A stretch of DNA of 64,000 bases from Candidatus Nomurabacteria bacterium (GTDB lineage Bacteria > Patescibacteriota > Minisyncoccia > Phycocordibacterales > UBA918). The stretch covers positions 80,502 through 144,501 of the forward strand of contig JACKGF010000002.1 in assembly GCA_020632095.1 (NCBI GenBank). Reading direction: 5' to 3'. The first letter of the stretch is position 1, and the number at the start of each line of letters is the position of its first letter. The position numbers and the translations under genes were made by a program. Below the pieces are notes generated by a model, which did not search any database, was not told where the DNA came from, and saw only the letters and a program-made list of their open reading frames with translations. Of this stretch, positions 61,800-64,000 are shown piece after piece.

Positions 61800-62483
61800 T
61801 TATTTTGCTTTCTTCACTAACTTTTTCGCAACTTTTTTCGCCACCACTTTCTTTACCGCCTTCTTAGCGACAGCTTTCTTTGGAGCTGATTTTGCAGCAG
61901 TCTTCTTGACGGCTTCTGCCACCGCCGCCTTAAGAGCTGGCTTATCAACTTCCTTCTTAACTGGCTTACTCTTCTCTTTTTTTGCTTCTGCCTTTTCTTT
62001 AACCACTACCGAAACTTCGACTTTTTCACCTGCTTTCATCGGTGGATTAATCAACTCTAAAATTTTATTTAGTTTTGATTCAATAGTTGCCAATTGTTGT
62101 TTGAGTTCATTATCGTTGCCACGCGGCTTATCAAACTGTGGTCGTCGTTCTTCTCTCTGTGGTCGTGCATCACTGCGGAAATTTGACTCTCGTCTTTCAT
62201 CACCCTTGTTGTCATCATTTTTTTTACCGAAACAATTACTACAGTAAACTGGCTTATCGCTTGAAGGCTTGAAAGGTACTTCACAACTTTTTCCACATTC
62301 AGCGCAAGTTGCTGAGTGCATTTGAGCTGGCTTATCGCTTCTCTCTCGATTACCGCCAAAATTGTTTCCGCGACGTTTACCACCAAAACCTGCTCCCCCA
62401 CCTCGGTTACCACCAAATTTTGGTCGCCCGCCGAAACTTCCCCCCCTCTTAAAACCCCCTCCTCCTTCTTTAAAATTATTCAT
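61800..62483 (-). CDS. RGG-box / CxxC zinc-ribbon / Lys-Ala-rich histone-H1-like tail protein
   Basis: N-terminal GGGFKRGGSFGGRPKFGGNRGGG, CAECGKSC...CSNC, C-terminal KKAVAKKAVKKVVAKK repeats; likely start ATG 62483. Confidence 0.55.
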   Translation of the reverse strand: MNNFKEGGGGFKRGGSFGGRPKFGGNRGGGAGFGGKRRGNNFGGNRERSDKPAQMHSATCAECGKSCEVPFKPSSDKPVYCSNCFGKKNDDNKGDERRESNFRSDARPQREERRPQFDKPRGNDNELKQQLATIESKLNKILELINPPMKAGEKVEVSVVVKEKAEAKKEKSKPVKKEVDKPALKAAVAEAVKKTAAKSAPKKAVAKKAVKKVVAKKVAKKLVKKAK

Positions 62484-62566
62484 TCCCGCTACAATGCCAC
62501 AGTTTCTAAATTTAGGCAAGGAAAAAACAAAACGCTACTGCTTGGGCAGGTAGCGTTTCTGGTCAA

Positions 62567-63241
62567 CTAATTACTAACTTGTGGAAACGGTACCACAACG
62601 ATGTCACCTTTATTCCAATTACGAGGATTCTGTAGATAAACGGCAAAAATATTCATAGACCCTTGAAGGTTAAAGTGAACATTTACTGCCATTAATTGAC
62701 CGTATTTATCCTCAATATAACCAATATATGACCTTCCATTAACCTGGGAATTATTTTCTATCAGGTCATTGATAAAATTTGAGAAACCTCTCAGAGTAAC
62801 TTCAGTAGATGCTCGACCCCCTAATGATTCCATGATTGTTTCGTCCGACACCATCTCCAACAATTCGTAGGTCTCGAGTCTGTATTCCGCACAAGAACCT
62901 TCAACCCTATTACCTTTATCTAACATCCTCTCGTAGAAAAGATCACCAATATAATCAAATATTCCACCATCTTTCTTTAATTTAATGTTATTTCTTGCGA
63001 CAAATGAATTTTCATCGGCTGCAACATAAAACGATTCTCCAGTCGCAGCCAGTTTTGAAGGGGCTATTTTTTTCAAAAATTCCTCAATCATTAATTGGAC
63101 TTCACCACTATTGCCCCCTTGTAGCTCTCTCATCAATGTTTCTACTACTACCAATTTTTGGAGTGTTATAGCATTAGCTAGCTTATTTATTTGAAAAACT
63201 AAACGTTCTCTTCTATCCATTGTTTTATCCTCTTTGTACAC
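62567..63241 (-). CDS. Hypothetical protein (224 aa)
   Basis: ORF only. Confidence 0.45.
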   Translation of the reverse strand: MYKEDKTMDRRERLVFQINKLANAITLQKLVVVETLMRELQGGNSGEVQLMIEEFLKKIAPSKLAATGESFYVAADENSFVARNNIKLKKDGGIFDYIGDLFYERMLDKGNRVEGSCAEYRLETYELLEMVSDETIMESLGGRASTEVTLRGFSNFINDLIENNSQVNGRSYIGYIEDKYGQLMAVNVHFNLQGSMNIFAVYLQNPRNWNKGDIVVVPFPQVSN

Positions 63242-63462
63242 ACTCTGACGATTATCAGACCAATCAATAGTGTGTTCCTAATTTGTATCTTTGTCAAAAT
63301 TTTCACGAAATTACTTTTTGTATACAAAACACAAGACTTATCGTGACAGGAGGTTGTTTGAGCTTCCCGCCGTCAAATAAGAGGTTTCTGATCGTACAGG
63401 CACAAACAGCAGAATTAACAACAAGACCCCACAATTGGGGTCTTGTTTTCTTAAGTTTTGAA

Positions 63463-63954
63463 TTATGAACTGGTTGCAGTCTCGTCCTCAACCGCCTCGA
63501 TTGACTCTGATTCGATTACCCCCACTTCGTCAACTGAAGTTTCTTCGGTGCTAGTAGCTGAATCATCTTGAGTTTCTTCAACTTCTGTAGACTGAGGATC
63601 AGCACTATCAGACTCATCACCCATTTCAGTAGTATCGTTTTCTTCTGTGGTAGTGGTCGACTGTTCACCTAACATTTCCTCATCTGAAGAATCTTCTTCC
63701 TCAAACAAATCTTCAATCGGTGTTTCATCATAGCCCTCAACCATCTCAGCTACTGTATCTTCAGCTTCAGTAATTGAGTCAATTACTGTTTGAGTTAAAG
63801 ACTTTGAGCTTCTACTTTTTAGCTTTGTCTTTTCAGCTGGTGAAAGATTTTCAACCTTATAATCAACCGCAACTAGCGTAGCTTGATATTTAACCAAAAT
63901 ATTCTTTAATCTTTCTAGCCCATCATTAAGTTGTGTCTTTTGTGCTTCAGTCAA
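63463..63954 (-). CDS. Acidic Ser/Thr/Glu-rich hypothetical protein (163 aa)
   Basis: ORF; low-complexity acidic C-terminus. Confidence 0.4.
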   Translation of the reverse strand: MTEAQKTQLNDGLERLKNILVKYQATLVAVDYKVENLSPAEKTKLKSRSSKSLTQTVIDSITEAEDTVAEMVEGYDETPIEDLFEEEDSSDEEMLGEQSTTTTEENDTTEMGDESDSADPQSTEVEETQDDSATSTEETSVDEVGVIESESIEAVEDETATSS

Positions 63955-64000
63955 TTTTGCCTTTTGACCTTTTTGGATAGACTGATTTATAGTCTCCAGT

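Noticed and set aside
61648-62247. Plus-strand 199-aa low-complexity ORF
   Set aside because: Mirror image of the Lys/Ala-rich tail of minus-strand gene 61800-62483, which has coherent RGG/zinc-ribbon/basic-tail architecture.
1-64000. Reverse transcriptase-based systems (DGR, retron) to explain the repeat structures
   Set aside because: No ORF in the window carries RT motifs (YxDD etc.); repeat pairs do not show the A-to-N template/variable pattern.

Overview
This window is a low-GC bacterial stretch of roughly 40-45% GC with many small genes. It resembles a Candidate Phyla Radiation / Patescibacteria (Saccharibacteria-like) genome. That placement is an inference from the MYG1 and TsaC/TsaD gene set, a reduced RNase P RNA, tRNAs without an encoded CCA, a short ValRS and giant repeat surface proteins.

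Recognisable core genes: engB, glmS, an MsbA-like ABC exporter, tsaC, tsaD, a MYG1-family hydrolase, valS, lepA, murJ, mgtE, a TrmH/RlmB-like methyltransferase, a phosphohexomutase, a DEAD-box helicase, msrA, hsp20 and a glutaredoxin-like protein. RNA genes: four tRNAs (Glu-TTC, Val-GAC, Phe-GAA, Arg-CCT) and an RNase P RNA on the minus strand. Mobile elements: an IS4-family element, an IS200-type tnpA, and an IS30-family element that splits a yhhQ (queuosine-precursor transporter) gene into two fragments.

The most unusual part is the first ~5.6 kb. Downstream of tRNA-Glu lies a mosaic of iterated tRNA 3'-end (att-like) fragments in both orientations. The direct copies delimit single-gene cassettes. 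The cassettes hold a ~57% GC foreign ORF, a start-less HAD-like hydrolase and a nucleoside 2-deoxyribosyltransferase-like gene. A ~192-bp unit occurs three times, each copy carrying an SD + 8-codon mini-ORF + terminator. Some inverted tRNA-fragment copies carry palindromic insertions whose stems covary.

Other accessory regions:
- A second high-GC islet at 30.65-32.1 kb with three small unknown ORFs.
- An AT-rich islet at 6.8-10.1 kb.
- A giant Gly/Asn-repeat surface-protein locus at 22.3-26.4 kb with a C-terminal peptidoglycan-binding domain.
- A protein with a tail-fibre-like intramolecular-chaperone (peptidase S74) domain.
- An 835-aa GNAT-containing protein next to a TrmB-like regulator.
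- A truncated tRNA-Val duplicate carrying an 80-nt structured insertion.
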